62,590 nt of DNA, filler included, from Diploschistes diacapsis (GCA_023645945.1; 8 parts of 8 records of this genome joined end to end with filler, not necessarily neighbours in it), one strand, 5' to 3'; shown: positions 39,267-52,160, counted from the whole stretch's first letter. The notes: generated by a model not told the origin, from the sequence alone. Made by a program: numbers and translations.

Positions 39267-40844
39267 GTGTCGGGCTTGGGGGTTGGAAGTTGGTGGGCGA
39301 AAAGGGGCGCAGAGTAAGGCGCTTAAATGGCGGATGGGAAAGGGGGAGTCATGGATTCATGGATGAACGGAAAAAGGCTGTGATTGGGCGCATAAGAATG
39401 GTGGAGGAGGTTCAAGAAATGTGGGTTACGCGGGTCCCCCGAGATGTCAGTTTTGAGCGGTTGTTACAGTTGTTATGGATACAGTCAAGATAATGAAAAT
39501 GGTAGAAGATCAGAAGGAGTCGGGATTTCGTTCAAGACCTGAATATATGATTCTGTATTTATGGAACTAACACAGTTTTGAAGTTGCAGCCGAGACTATA
39601 CTATATTTCTTTTCCTGGCATGCAGAATGCGGCCTATGCCCTGTTTTACCGACTCGCATGCCTTCTGCACGCCTTCTGCAGGTGCCCTTCTATAATTGGA
39701 AAACAAAGACGCCAAGAGGGCAAAAAAAGTCAACAGGTAACAATGTCATGCAATCTTTGCTAAACTTAAAGTATGAGGAAATGAAGAATTGCCTGGCGTG
39801 TATCTCTTACCTTGCTGTACCTAAATCCATGGTACCTCGCGAGACAGCTAGTAATATCAAGGGAGGTGTGCCACATTACACCTAAAGCATCAGACTCAAT
39901 CTTGATACTTCAGCATTGCTCATGTAGGAGCATTTGTGTTGTCAAGTTTGGTAAGATTGAAATTGTATAAGTAGTACTGGATAGTAGAGTCGACTGGTTG
40001 GGGTAAAGTATTTCGTACTTGCTATACTGGTCATACGCGAATTCGATAGCCTCTTGAAGTTACGCATGAGTGTATCGTAGTTGCATTGCATCGGGGTTTG
40101 ATTGTTGAGGCCATGCTGGTATATTGGACTTTGACGAATGGGCTGATGGCTGAGATTCTTGCATGTATGCTTCAAGCCTGTTGTTAGCGACGACAGGCAG
40201 CAAACCAACCTTTGGCACAAGTTCCTAGGTTTACTGAAGTAAATGGCTATTGGCGCAAGGTTGTTCTCAGGAGTCGGTTTACTGGCACAGGGTGATTTGT
40301 TGATATCAAGCGAACCCTACGGCAAGAGGCGATTTATAAGATGCATCGAAAATTGTGTAAAGACCCTTGCAGTCAGGCACTGATTAGTTGCTGAATCCTC
40401 GCATGCCGCCATTCGATCTTGCTTCCGCCGAAAGGTAAAGCTGAAGAGCCAAAGAACTACAGATTTGAGAGCAAAGTTGATGAGGCATTCTGATTTGTTC
40501 GAAACTCTGCCGACATGATCCGAGCTCTGTCCCACGAGGTCTTGAAATTTTTGTCATCTGAAAACCGGTAAGACGCCCAAGCCCCGAGTTCGACAAAGTA
40601 GAACCGCTGAAACCTGAGACCCATTTCCATCAAGCTAGTGCGAATAAGACAATTGCATCTGCAAATTAGTTCTTCACAAGGAGTAACTCATCGCAACGCA
40701 TGACCCACTGAGACACGAAGCCAAAGGTAAGATTAGATCAGAAGAAAAGCGAGTCCAGTATGCTTCGCACCAACGGGACAAAGTCGCTAAAGAAAGCTCC
40801 AATATCCACCAGGTGGAGGAGGGCTGGACACGTTAGCGACAACT

Positions 40845-41871
40845 TTACCTGCGAGAGTATCTGTCCTCCCCACCGCCGGATGCAGCAGCTTCGTAGCCAC
40901 CGGCAGCGCGATCTCTGTAGTGCCCTGGATCACGATCGCGGTCTGACCGGCGGTCATCACGGCGGTCATCTCTACCTCCCGCGTAACGGTCGTCGCGACG
41001 GGAAGCATAGCGATCAACTTGGCCACGATAACCGTAGTCGTCACGACGTCCATAGCCACCTCCCCGGCGATCGTCGTGACGATCATCGTAGCGATCATCG
41101 CGGCGGCGTCCGTAGCCTCCACGGCGATCATCGAAGTGGCCACCACGATTGTCCTCTACAGGTACGTTAGTGACACGTGAATTCGTCAATGTTCTATGGA
41201 AATACCTTTTTTGGGTGGTCCGAAGTAGCGTCCGGGGGTGGGTGTGCGTGGACGAGCTCTGCGAGCTTTCTCAATGCTCAGAGTGCGCCCTTCGACGATC
41301 TCGCCTTGCAGACCTTCTCTAGCAGCCTCGGCCTCATTAGGCGTGACCATCTTGACGAAGCCGAAACCGCGAGACTCCTGGGTATGGGGATCTTTCATAA
41401 TAGAGCAGTTCTCAACTTCGCCATATTTGGAGAACATGCGAGTCACGTCCGTTTCAGAGAGTCGCGGGTGGATTCCGGTGACAAAAAGATTGGAGCCGGT
41501 GTTGGCCGCAGCAGAATCACGTTCTTCTTGCGTGCGAGAGTCGCTCGCTGGAGGTCCACTACGGAATTGGGTCAGTCTAAGGGCAAAGCTAGCAGTGAGA
41601 AAGCATACCGTGAGTCCATGCGACCATTGGGAGAAGCGCTTCTACGGCGCTCAGCACGGTAACTATCGTCACGCTTCATTCCACGAGGTGAAGCGCTACG
41701 GTCACGGTCATAGCGCTGCTCGTCTAAGGGAACTTAATGTTAGGTTGGATTATGTTAGACAGGCAGCGAAGCATAAAGGCGTGTGCTGTTAGAGCACCCT
41801 TGAGCGATATAAGAAAAATCGAGCTTACCATCGTAGCGACCGCTTTCATTCTCGTAATCCATAGTAGCCAT
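40845..41871 (-). CDS. TRA2-like SR/RRM RNA-binding protein (at least 4 exons)
   Basis: RSASP repeats; RRM with RNP2 NLFVTGI and RNP1 RGFGFV; TRA2-type linker ARRARPRTPTPGRYFG; RD/RGG-rich tail. Confidence 0.88.
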
Positions 41872-42072
41872 GGCTGACGACTATCTTGTCAAGATAGTCA
41901 ATTGAAAACTAAGAAATCGAGAAAACTCCTACTTCTTAAAGTGTTGCACAATCAAAAGGGTAAGACTAAGGCGAGGTTAAAGAATGGAAGGAAAAGTTGT
42001 TTTCAGCAACTTAGTACAAGTAAGGCTGAGGCGTTTAGCAAACTTAAGTGGTAGCTGTCGGGCACGGAAAAA

Positions 42073-42098
42073 CCAATGAGTCAGCCCGGTGTCACGTG
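42073..42098. promoter_or_regulatory. Candidate motifs in bidirectional promoter: CCAAT, TGAGTCA (AP-1/Gcn4-type), CACGTG (E-box)
   Basis: aaccaatgagtcagcccggtgtcacgtg near the middle of the 419-bp gap between divergent start codons; motif match only. Confidence 0.35.
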
Positions 42099-42290
42099 TA
42101 TGGAGATTGCCAACCTAAAACTCCATCAACTATCAACCTCTCTCCTCACTTGTCCAATATCTTTCATCGCCTCCAATCGTCAATATCTGGCATAAATTGA
42201 TACCTTGTCTTGTCCTCTTGGGCGATTCAGGTTCTGATGGAATCATACAAAAGCTAGAGTGATCAGCTTCGCCAATAAGTCCTCATTAAA

Positions 42291-45200
42291 ATGTCTGACT
42301 GTAAGAGTTTTTACTATCGAGATTCCCCAACAGAACTTGCTAACATGTCGACAGCCGACTTCGAGACTATCAAGCGCCTGCAGCAGGAGCGCAATACTGC
42401 TGCGGTCGGAAAGAAAGGTTCAAAAGCCTTTGACACATCCAGTCAGCGGACTGACAACAGCACTAAGGCTTCCCTGACTGACACCTTTGACACTACACTT
42501 TATGAGCGAGATGGGCTCAGCAAGTTTGAAGGTTACAACACGACCATTCCCGCAGACGACGAGGATGATGATATGTTTGATGGGAATGGCGATGACACCC
42601 GACGTCTTGTCGGACAATATACCGCATCCAAGGCGCAGATGGATGAGTTCGCGAGAGGCAAGGGTGTAGAGGAAGAAGATATCCTGCTTGGGCGTGAGAA
42701 ATCAGCCAGAATCGCTGACCGCGAAACTGATTATCAAAAGCGTCGCCACAACCGGGGTCCTCTTACACCAACAAGAGCAGATCCATTCGCAGAAAACCGC
42801 CAGGCTGGTTTACAGGATGAAGGTGCAAGTTATAGAGAGATTATGCGTATGCGCGAAATTGAGAAGGAGGAAGAACGAGTCCAGAAGATTATTGTAGAGA
42901 AGCAAGAAAATGGAGAAGATGGCGCAGTCTCACATCCAGCGAATTTAAAGCAAGAAGACAGCAGTGACAAGGAAAACAAAGAGGCAGGCTCTGCCGTCGC
43001 TGTCTCATCTGGGAGGAAGCGAAAGCAACGCTGGGATATCGCAGGCCAAGGTCAGCAACCTGCTGAAGACACTACAGCCGCTTCAAAGAAATCTCGCTGG
43101 GATGAGACCCCAGTGCCAGGTGGAGCAGCGGCTGCAGCGCGACGCTCGCGATGGGATCAAGCGCCCTCAATCACGAGCGCGACTCCTGTGGGTCAATCTG
43201 GTCTCGCTACGCCAATGCATCCTTCCCAGAGCTCGTCAATGATGCCAACCTCATTCGGCACTGATATCTCTTCTCGAAATGCTCCCTTATCAGACGAAGA
43301 ACTAGATCTCATGCTACCTAGTGAAGGATATAAGGTTCTTGAACCGCCGCCAGGGTACGAGCCAATCAACACTCCTGCAAGAAAGCTCACGAGTACGCCC
43401 GCTCCTGTAGCTAGTGCTTCGGGCTATGGAGGGTTCATGATGCAAGAACCTGAAGACGCTCGAGCTATGGGCAAGCAACTGCCGACAGAAATACCCGGGG
43501 TAGGCGATTTGCAGTTCTTCAAAGCAGAAGATATGGCTTATTTTGGCAAACTTGTGGATGGCAGTAATGAAGATGAGCTCACGGTAGAGGAGCTGAAAGA
43601 ACGAAAGATCATGCGCCTTCTACTCAAAGTCAAGAACGGAACGCCACCCATGAGAAAGACGGCCTTGCGTCAGTTGACAGACAATGCTCGGCAATTCGGT
43701 GCTGGCCCTCTTTTCAACCAAATCTTACCTCTGCTCATGGAGAAGACGCTAGAAGATCAGGAACGACATCTCCTCGTTAAAGTTATCGATCGTGTGCTCT
43801 ACAAGCTCGATGATTTAGTAAGACCATTTGTCCACAAGATCCTTGTTGTCATTGAGCCGCTTCTTATTGACCAAGATTATTATGCTCGAGTGGAAGGGCG
43901 AGAAATCATTTCCAATCTTTCAAAAGCTGCTGGTTTGGCTCACATGATAAGTACCATGCGACCAGATATTGACCATGTCGACGAGTATGTTCGAAACACA
44001 ACAGCGCGAGCGTTTGCCGTTGTAGCATCAGCACTGGGCATTCCCGCCCTGTTGCCGTTCCTGCGCGCCGTTTGCAGGAGCAAGAAGTCGTGGCAAGCTC
44101 GCCATACAGGTGTGAAAATCGTTCAACAGATCCCAATTCTGATGGGCTGCGCTGTTCTTCCACATCTCAAAGGACTGGTTGACTGCATTGGCCCTAATCT
44201 GAGTGATGAGCAAGTCAAAGTTAGAACAGTCACCAGTCTGGCAATTGCAGCCTTGGCTGAAGCCGCCAATCCCTACGGTATCGAGAGCTTCGATGAAATC
44301 CTTAATCCATTATGGACAGGTGCTCGCAAGCAAAGAGGCAAAGGTCTCGCAGGGTTCTTGAAGGCTGTTGGTTACATCATACCGTTGATGGATGAAGAAT
44401 ATGCCAACTACTATACCAGTCAAATCATGGAGATTCTGCTCCGAGAATTTTCGTCACCCGACGAGGAAATGAAGAAAGTCGTTCTCAAAGTAATATCTCA
44501 ATGTGCAGGTACCGACGGCGTTACTGCAGGTTATTTAAAGGAGCATGTTCTAGACGATTTCTTCAAGAGTTTCTGGGTTAGGCGGATGGCCCTAGACAAG
44601 CGCAATTACCGCCAAGTAGTAGAGACGACTGTCGATATTGGTCAGAAGATTGGCTCGAGCGAAGTCGTTGAGAGAATCGTCAACAACCTTAAGGATGAAA
44701 GCGAAGCTTACCGAAAGATGACACTAGAAACAATCGAGAAGGTCATTGCGAGCCTTGGGGCTGCTGACATTGGCGAACGTCTCGAGGAGCGCCTGATCGA
44801 CGGCGTTCTGCACTCCTTCCAGGAACAAAGTGTCGAAGATATTGTTATGCTTAATGGTTTCGGGACTGTGGTAAACGCATTGGGCACTCGCTGTAAACCA
44901 TACCTGCCTCAGATCGTCAGTACTATCCTTTGGCGCCTGAACAACAAGTCGGCCACGGTGCGACAACAGGCTGCAGATCTCATTTCTCGCATCGCTATGG
45001 TGATGAAGCAGTGTGGCGAAGACGCGCTCATGGGGAAGCTGGGAGTCGTCCTTTATGAGTATTTAGGTGAAGAATATCCAGAGGTGCTTGGCTCAATCCT
45101 CGGTGCTCTACGATCTATTGTTACAGTAGTCGGTATCAACTCGATGCAACCGCCAATCAAAGATCTCCTTCCCCGACTTACACCTATTCTTAGGAATCGT

Positions 45201-46025
45201 CACGAGAAGGTGCAGGAGAATACTATCGACTTAGTGGGCCGGATCGCGGATCGAGGGCCAGAAAGCGTCAATGCCCGCGAATGGATGCGTATTTGCTTTG
45301 AGTTACTGGACATGCTCAAGGCGCATAAGAAGGGTATCCGTCGTGCGGCCAACAACACTTTTGGCTTCATTGCCAAAGCCATCGGCCCTCAAGACGTCCT
45401 TGCCACCTTACTTAACAACCTGCGTGTACAGGAACGTCAGTCCCGTGTCTGCACAGCTGTCGCTATTGGCATCGTCGCCGAGACATGTGCGCCCTTCACA
45501 GTGCTCCCAGCGCTGATGAACGAGTATCGTGTACCGGAGTTGAATGTACAGAATGGTGTCTTGAAATCACTATCGTTCTTGTTCGAGTACATTGGTGAAA
45601 TGGCCAAAGACTACGTATATGCAGTCACGCCACTGTTGGAGGATGCTTTGATCGACCGAGACCAGGTTCACAGACAGACAGCTGCATCAGTTGTAAGGCA
45701 CATTTCACTAGGCTGTGTAGGGCTTGGTTGTGAAGATGCAATGATGCACCTGCTCAACCTGCTCTATCCGAACTTATTCGAGACGTCTCCTCACGTTATT
45801 GACAGGATCATCGAAGCAATCGATGGCATACGGATGGCAGTTGGAAATGGAATCGTGATGAATTACGTATGGGCTGGTCTTTTTCACCCGGCACGGAAGG
45901 TGAGGGTACCGTACTGGAGGCTTTACAACAACGCTTATGTTCAGGGGGCTGATGGCCTGGTACCTTACTATCCTAATCTGGATGTAGTGCACATGCAGAG
46001 GCATGAGCTAGGGATTGTTCTTTGA
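42291..46025 (+). CDS. HSH155: U2 snRNP splicing factor 3B subunit 1 (SF3B1/Hsh155/Prp10)
   Basis: RWD ULM motifs, [29 protein letters not shown] repeats, [10 protein letters not shown]; 54-nt in-frame intron 42301-42354 (GTAAGA..GCTAAC..CAG) gives MSDSDFETIK. Confidence 0.97.
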   Translation: MSDCKSFYYRDSPTELANMSTADFETIKRLQQERNTAAVGKKGSKAFDTSSQRTDNSTKASLTDTFDTTLYERDGLSKFEGYNTTIPADDEDDDMFDGNGDDTRRLVGQYTASKAQMDEFARGKGVEEEDILLGREKSARIADRETDYQKRRHNRGPLTPTRADPFAENRQAGLQDEGASYREIMRMREIEKEEERVQKIIVEKQENGEDGAVSHPANLKQEDSSDKENKEAGSAVAVSSGRKRKQRWDIAGQGQQPAEDTTAASKKSRWDETPVPGGAAAAARRSRWDQAPSITSATPVGQSGLATPMHPSQSSSMMPTSFGTDISSRNAPLSDEELDLMLPSEGYKVLEPPPGYEPINTPARKLTSTPAPVASASGYGGFMMQEPEDARAMGKQLPTEIPGVGDLQFFKAEDMAYFGKLVDGSNEDELTVEELKERKIMRLLLKVKNGTPPMRKTALRQLTDNARQFGAGPLFNQILPLLMEKTLEDQERHLLVKVIDRVLYKLDDLVRPFVHKILVVIEPLLIDQDYYARVEGREIISNLSKAAGLAHMISTMRPDIDHVDEYVRNTTARAFAVVASALGIPALLPFLRAVCRSKKSWQARHTGVKIVQQIPILMGCAVLPHLKGLVDCIGPNLSDEQVKVRTVTSLAIAALAEAANPYGIESFDEILNPLWTGARKQRGKGLAGFLKAVGYIIPLMDEEYANYYTSQIMEILLREFSSPDEEMKKVVLKVISQCAGTDGVTAGYLKEHVLDDFFKSFWVRRMALDKRNYRQVVETTVDIGQKIGSSEVVERIVNNLKDESEAYRKMTLETIEKVIASLGAADIGERLEERLIDGVLHSFQEQSVEDIVMLNGFGTVVNALGTRCKPYLPQIVSTILWRLNNKSATVRQQAADLISRIAMVMKQCGEDALMGKLGVVLYEYLGEEYPEVLGSILGALRSIVTVVGINSMQPPIKDLLPRLTPILRNRHEKVQENTIDLVGRIADRGPESVNAREWMRICFELLDMLKAHKKGIRRAANNTFGFIAKAIGPQDVLATLLNNLRVQERQSRVCTAVAIGIVAETCAPFTVLPALMNEYRVPELNVQNGVLKSLSFLFEYIGEMAKDYVYAVTPLLEDALIDRDQVHRQTAASVVRHISLGCVGLGCEDAMMHLLNLLYPNLFETSPHVIDRIIEAIDGIRMAVGNGIVMNYVWAGLFHPARKVRVPYWRLYNNAYVQGADGLVPYYPNLDVVHMQRHELGIVL

Positions 46026-46978
46026 AGCACTGTAGTTTATCTGGCTTGTTTAAGTAGCATCAAGAATGGCCTTTTCACATTTTATTCTCCAGATATCGAA
46101 TCTTCATTCTTGTCGGGCTCAGCGTAGATCACCCTGCTGTTGAAAAAGAGGAATGACTAAGCACCTCAACCACCCAGTTTCTGGCTGCCAAACAACTTGC
46201 TCTCGAGTGTAACAAACTTTAATCTTTTCTCGAAACCCTCTAACCCTTTGTAACCAAAATAAAGTCGTTCAAAACAACTTCTGACCTTGGGCCCTGAACT
46301 ATAGACATGAGTACAGAATTGCAACACGGGAGTCCGAACCCAGCCGGATTTGGGATGCCAATCACAAGTGAAACTCCGGCAGCTATCAAGAGTGAGCAGG
46401 ATGTGTTAATGGCAGATATAACAGTATGTGGACTCTTGCTTGATACCCCAATGCAGTTGACTCGTATTCTGTACGTTTGTTCAAGAAGAGGGTTCTGTTG
46501 GAAAGAGAAACAAAGTACTAGAGCAATTTCATGTTTTGTCTAAGGCGGAAGGGAGAGAAGTCAAGATTCAGATGTTACAAAGATATATGTCTCTCAAACA
46601 AAGTTGGCCTTTGAGAAGATACAGTGACAAACGTACCTGGCTCCTTCCTACTTCAGCCTCCTCCATGTATTAAACGCTCTTGTGGTTTTGGCACTTTTAT
46701 ATTACGGCTCTCCCTCTACAATCTCCAGCACGTCCTGTCTCTTTCCCACCCAACCCAGTCCATCATCATCACCACCACAATGGGCAAAAGGAAATCGTCC
46801 AACGACTTAGCCCTGGAGGAGGCCAACCGCCTCCTAAAGAGCACCCGCATCAACCCCCGCTCCACCCCGTGCCATCTCGCTACCACTTCACCAGTCCGTA
46901 CACCCTGCTCTTCGCAACCCCAAGTCCCACATTCATATACACATACTACTCCAGCAGTCTCGCTAACCACCCCAACCC

Positions 46979-47078
46979 NNNNNNNNNNNNNNNNNNNNNN
47001 NNNNNNNNNNNNNNNNNNNNNNTTAATTAATTAANNNNNNNNNNNNNNNNNNNNNNNNNNNNNNNNNNNNNNNNNNNN
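46979..47078. other. Artificial contig linker
   Basis: N44-TTAATTAATTAA-N44. Confidence 0.98.
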
Positions 47079-47570
47079 GGTTTAGATTGGACGGGGAATG
47101 GGGGCTGTGTGGTGGGTTGTCCGCCGGGTTTGGGGTGGGAGGTGGATGGGGAAGATGATGAAGATGACGCAGATGACGAAAGTGAGGAAGATGAGGAATA
47201 TGAGGAAGACGAGGAGGACGAGGAGGACGGGGCAGATGGGGTGGATGAGGGTGGTATTAACGGTGCAAAGATGATGCAGGGGGGAATTGAGCAAGGGGCT
47301 GGAGAATCTCCCAGTATATTGAGTGATAGTGATCGAGGGTTTGTCAACGAGAACCAGCCAGCTGACAACCCACCGCATGTACCAGCTTTTGAGGAAGAGG
47401 ATCCGAATCCATACGTTCGCGCCGCCCGCCGCATCGCGGCCGAATTTGCTCACTGGGACAGGGAACTGGACGAACACTGGGAAAGAAAACTGAACCAACA
47501 GATCATCGAGGCCGTGGACCAGATCCGAGAGCAAGAGTCTTCGGACATTTTACGCCGACACAAGAGCTAA
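47079..47570 (+). CDS. 3' fragment of an acidic (D/E-rich) hypothetical protein
   Basis: Open frame from the contig edge with a long D/E tract and helical tail ending RRHKS*. Confidence 0.5.
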   Translation, partial: GLDWTGNGGCVVGCPPGLGWEVDGEDDEDDADDESEEDEEYEEDEEDEEDGADGVDEGGINGAKMMQGGIEQGAGESPSILSDSDRGFVNENQPADNPPHVPAFEEEDPNPYVRAARRIAAEFAHWDRELDEHWERKLNQQIIEAVDQIREQESSDILRRHKS

Positions 47571-48285
47571 GGAGATGCTTCAGATTAGTTATAAAATCCT
47601 TCTAAAGTACAGGAGAGAGCTTCATGTATCTCAGGTTTGTTTTTTTATTAATCTGGGGCATCTCGGAGCTTTTATATGGGCTGGAAGAGATGTTTGGGGT
47701 GGTAATCGTTATTTATACTTATACCTGTACTATAGGTTCTTGCGGTCTCGGGCGTGACCATCGCTGGGATACAAGGGGCATTATACGTAGTTTGAAACCG
47801 AACACGTATTTGTGATAGGAGAGGAGTATACTGAAAATGACTCTCTGCGTCTTCAAGCAATGATGTGTGCCATGGCCAAAGGAACAACCGATATATTAAG
47901 TGGTTTGGAGTAGACATTCGAGCAGTGTATCGACTCTGAGACAACCTTGAATAACACAGGAAAGTACCCTGAACCGAGTTTTGCACGTGAAGATACTTCT
48001 TATGCACAAACCTTTTGCTGAACTGTGCTGTCTTGCACTTAGATCTCACTGGGTTTCGCTAATAGGTGATCTCTCTTGCCTGTGCCCTTAGGCTTCCATT
48101 TTTATTCAATTTCGTTCGAGCTAGGGTAAAGCCCGTCGAGCTATCTAACGGAGAAAGCGGATCTTTCTTCTATGAATTCTCTTATTGCTGATATGTATCG
48201 CAAGATCCACACCTTGGGAAACAGTGCGAAGAATACCCCACCCCCTAAGAAAAAAGTTTTTGAGATTGGAACAAATTAAGAAAAG

Positions 48286-49707
48286 ATGTTAGCAGGGACG
48301 AAATATACTGAGGCAGTCGAGTCGGCCAATGCAGCATATTCCGAGCGAAATCCCAAGTCTCGCGAAGCACACGAACATGCAAGCAACTATTTTCCAGGTG
48401 GAAACACTAGGTCGAGCTTGTTGGCTCTGCCCTTCCCACTGGTCTTTGCATCTGGAGATGGCACATATCTTACTTCGGTAGATGGTGACAGGTATATTGA
48501 TTTTCTCGGAGAGTACTCGGCCGGTATCTTTGGTCACAACCATCCTGTTATCAGGCGGGCGATCAATGATGCCATGGAGAAGGGCTGGAACTATGGAGGA
48601 CACAGTACCTTCGAAGCAAGACTTGCAGAAATGGTTTGCAAGAGGTTCGGTCCGACCATCGAGCTGGTTCGCTTCACCAACTCCGGAACAGAGGCAAACA
48701 TGTGCGCTATCGCTACTGCCATGGTTTGTACAGGAAGAAAGTCTATCATGGTCTTTGACGGGGCATACCACGGGTCGACCATTGGCTTCTCCAGGTTCTA
48801 CGGGTCAAACAAAATCAATCTGCCTCATCAATGGGTCCATGGCAGTTATGATAATATCGAGCAAACTAAATCTGCTCTGGAAACCGTGAGCGATGGTGGT
48901 CTCGCTGCTATTCTTATCGAACCAATGCAAGGCAACGCTGGAGCAAGACCTTGCAGCGTGGAGTTTCTCCAATTTCTGAGAGCCTATGCTACGGAGGCTG
49001 GAGCGCTGCTGATCTTCGATGAAGTTCAAGCGAGCCGGTTATCGTATCATGGATACAATCAGAAGCTCGGTGTTCGCCCTGACATGATGACATTGGGGAA
49101 ATGGATTGGAGGTGGTTTGACTTTTGGTGCATTTGGTGGTAGGCGCGGTGTCATGGAAATCTACAATCCTCGAATCGGAAACGTTACTCACGCTGGAACT
49201 TTCAACAACAACGTTTTCTCAATGGCTGCCGGAGTCGCGGGTTTGGAGCTTATCGATGAGAAACGGATCGAACGTCTCAACGCTCTTGGCTTTCAACTGA
49301 AGAAGAACGTGGATCAGTTACTGCACAACAAAGGAATCCTCGCGCTAGAAATGTCCAAGGTTTCCGATGACTCCAACACAGAGACTATGTCAGTCATTCA
49401 TCAGGAAAAGGAAAGCTTAATTGCTTCTGAAAATTTGAAACCGTACATCTCCAGCCTCCCATCTGAGTCGCGAATGTCCGTTTCAGCGGTAGGTTCAATT
49501 CTTAACATTGGGTTCAATGGGCCTGGAAGCGAGCAATTGCAATCTTTATTCTATCACCATATGCTCACTCAGAACATCTATCTGGCTTCCCGAGGCTTCA
49601 TAACGTTGAATATTGAGATGAACGACTCGCATATCCAGGCCTTCGTAGAGGCTGTATCAAGGTTCACCGACAAGTACATGGACTTCCTGGAAGGAGCTGA
49701 ATCTTAG
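48286..49707 (+). CDS. Class-III PLP aminotransferase (glutamate-1-semialdehyde aminomutase / beta-amino-acid transaminase-like), intronless
   Basis: PGGNTR, DFLGEYSAGIFGH, RFTNSGTEAN, GAYHG, IEPMQG, LIFDEV, PDMMTLGKWIGGG (PLP lysine), HAGTFNNN. Confidence 0.92.
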   Translation: MLAGTKYTEAVESANAAYSERNPKSREAHEHASNYFPGGNTRSSLLALPFPLVFASGDGTYLTSVDGDRYIDFLGEYSAGIFGHNHPVIRRAINDAMEKGWNYGGHSTFEARLAEMVCKRFGPTIELVRFTNSGTEANMCAIATAMVCTGRKSIMVFDGAYHGSTIGFSRFYGSNKINLPHQWVHGSYDNIEQTKSALETVSDGGLAAILIEPMQGNAGARPCSVEFLQFLRAYATEAGALLIFDEVQASRLSYHGYNQKLGVRPDMMTLGKWIGGGLTFGAFGGRRGVMEIYNPRIGNVTHAGTFNNNVFSMAAGVAGLELIDEKRIERLNALGFQLKKNVDQLLHNKGILALEMSKVSDDSNTETMSVIHQEKESLIASENLKPYISSLPSESRMSVSAVGSILNIGFNGPGSEQLQSLFYHHMLTQNIYLASRGFITLNIEMNDSHIQAFVEAVSRFTDKYMDFLEGAES

Positions 49708-50323
49708 AAGCACCGGTCTAGATCAGATTACAGATTACTTGAGTGAGTCCGGCCTAAGGTATGCGATTATCAAGGCGCGTTGTTTTCAGGACCGATCTTC
49801 CAGAATCCGCGTCTTATATCTTTCGGGGGTCATTATTCTCTGTCTCACCCTCATAACGGTATTGTAGTCTCAAACAAGCATTTTTAGCGCTAGATGTCTT
49901 TCATTTGTTGGCCTTGAGTGACCTCCGCTACATGTCTTTTTTTCATTTATCAGAGTGAGCTTGGTCCACATCCAGTCTAATTATTAGCACATCTGTATCT
50001 CTGTCTTAGCTTCACTTTAAGTACAAGACAACAACCCTTCGCCTATTCAGCTGATTCTTATCAACCATCATCTCAGCATCTCCTAAAGCAAGTAATCTCT
50101 ATCGGCGGACCTTGTTTATAAAGCATAGGCGCTGCGCATTCACTGCAGGCCTGTTCGATCCGTCTCAGCATACCAGTATCCTCCCTTTTACTCCTCCTGC
50201 ATTGGGGACAAAAGATCTATATCTTCAGTTCAAAACCACAGAAGATCTTGCATCAGCGCCCCTCAAACGGTTCGCATTTCCCAGAAATCCAGTCATTATC
50301 TCAAGAAAGGCCATACTGCTGTC

Positions 50324-50722
50324 ATGGCTCGCCCAAATGGAAGTAACCGGAGCGACAACCAAAATACGAACCAAGGACAGGCTCAAGCAAACCAACCGAG
50401 CCGTGATCAGCCCAACCATCGTCGCAACAACGGTGGCTATTGCCAGCACTGCCCAACGCTCTCGGCGGCATTGACCAGCCTTTCTCGCGATGTCGACCTG
50501 CTTATCCAGGAGTACACAATCCTAGCAGAGGGCACACTCTTGATCTGTCTTCAGGAGATGCGGCACATGGGGAACATCCTCTTGACTGCGCAGGGGAGTG
50601 TTGTGGATGAAGATGAGCTGCAACGGTTTCTTGACGATGCTCGAGAGGATCTTCACGACTTCTATAGTTGTCTCTGTGCGATTGAAAACCATCTTCAACA
50701 TCTGGTGGATCTATTGCCATAG
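50324..50722 (+). CDS. Small hypothetical protein (132 aa)
   Basis: ATG-initiated ORF, N/Q-rich start, CQHC, helical C-terminus; TATAAA ~205 bp upstream; no family recognised. Confidence 0.45.
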   Translation: MARPNGSNRSDNQNTNQGQAQANQPSRDQPNHRRNNGGYCQHCPTLSAALTSLSRDVDLLIQEYTILAEGTLLICLQEMRHMGNILLTAQGSVVDEDELQRFLDDAREDLHDFYSCLCAIENHLQHLVDLLP

Positions 50723-51594
50723 TACGAAATCGAATCTGGGGGAGCGAAGATCAGACTGCGAAAAGGAGGCAAAGTCGGCTCTCTGCCTTGCGATGTTGGC
50801 GTTCACAATGGAGTGGAGGTAGTTTTTTGGTCTAGGGGTTTGTTCAGAAGGGGAAGGAACGCGATTTCATTCCTTATACCACTCACTCCCTCTGGCAGAC
50901 ATTAAACATATTAATTTTAAACAAGCTTACCTTTTAGAACTCGTCGCGGGTGCATTATTTCTGCCACGCTCTTATTACATGCATGTCCTTTTTGTATGCG
51001 CTCTCGATTCACTGACACTCCCCCGGTTCTTAAGACCTGCTTTTGTCTTTGCACGTCTCATATACCTTAGACCTACATTCGCAGACCCTGGCCGTCCCCA
51101 ACACCATTGGAACGAGGGCCACGTGATGGCTTTGCCTCAGTATAGCCTGTGGCCATGTCATTGTCCAGGGAGGCAGAGGCTTCGTTCGACTCTTGTCTGA
51201 TCTCACTTATTCAATTTTATATTTTGCTGATTGAAAACTTGACGAAACTCATACTCTCATGTCATAAGCCTTGAGGTGTGTTATATCGAAGCTGGAGGCA
51301 GTCCAAATACCGATCCGGTGAGTAAGCATATCCCCAGCTCTGCTTTTAAAGTCACGGCTGCCATCTGTATCATGAGTTCTGAGAATCATCCAGCATTCAA
51401 AAGTATCCGTTTCTAAGAGATAGGTCAGCCGCTTCGGGAAATTTCTTCCCGTGTTATAACTGAGTTCAGTTCTCTACGGCAAATGCCCAAGGTTGCCCTT
51501 GCCTTCAAAGTGTTGTTCGATCACGCAAGTCCAAAGGTCAATTGTCTCTCTTCCCACATCACCAACAATATCTCAGATGAAGTCTCTCTGATCC

Positions 51595-52160
51595 AAAGAT
51601 GCCTGCCACAATGTGCTTCCAGACATCTCTAAACGAAAACAACGAGCACATCGCAAACAACGAACAGTACCGGGAGCCGTCGAAGCGCGCATGGACGCCA
51701 TCCATCGAGTGCTCGGGTCCCAAATGGCCTTCTGCAACGGCAAGCTAGCCAGCCTCGAGAAAAGGCCAGACAGACCCTCCGAACTGGCTTCGTGGCGCTG
51801 CGACGGCCAGCTGGACGAACTCGGAGCTCGTTGGCTCCGAGGGAGCTCCGACTCTGGTCATCGATATGGGGTGGTTGGGGCCGGTTGCTAGAGTACCTGG
51901 ACGACTCAAAGGCTGGGCTGGAGCTTTGTCAAAGAGTGGCGGATGATTTGAAAGACGAGTACTTGGCGGCGGCCGAGGAGTTGAGGGAAATGGGGCTGAA
52001 GATCTCCGTGTTGGAGGAGGACGCGGGTGCGCTTGCGGAAGTGGATCGAGTATTTGCGGAGCGGTGGTTAGAAGCCGCAGGGTTCAAGGAGGTTTCTTAT
52101 GAGCGAAGGGGAGAAAGTGCCGGGTATTGGCTGCGAGCACTTGTGGGGAAATGGAGATGA
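51595..52160 (+). pseudogene. Possible frameshifted hypothetical gene
   Basis: Overlapping ORFs 51613-51891 and 51792-52160 look like two halves of one helical protein joined by a frameshift near 51840. Confidence 0.3.

Noticed and set aside
40760..41792. Plus-strand ORFs over the RRM gene
   Set aside because: Antisense to repetitive RD-rich and RRM exons.
42301..42354. N-terminal insertion in SF3B1
   Set aside because: It is a 54-nt in-frame intron with canonical donor, branch and acceptor.
46307..46978. Short ORFs after SF3B1 (MSTELQ..., MGKRKSS...)
   Set aside because: May be gene starts cut by the gap, but no domain or coherent gene model is supportable.
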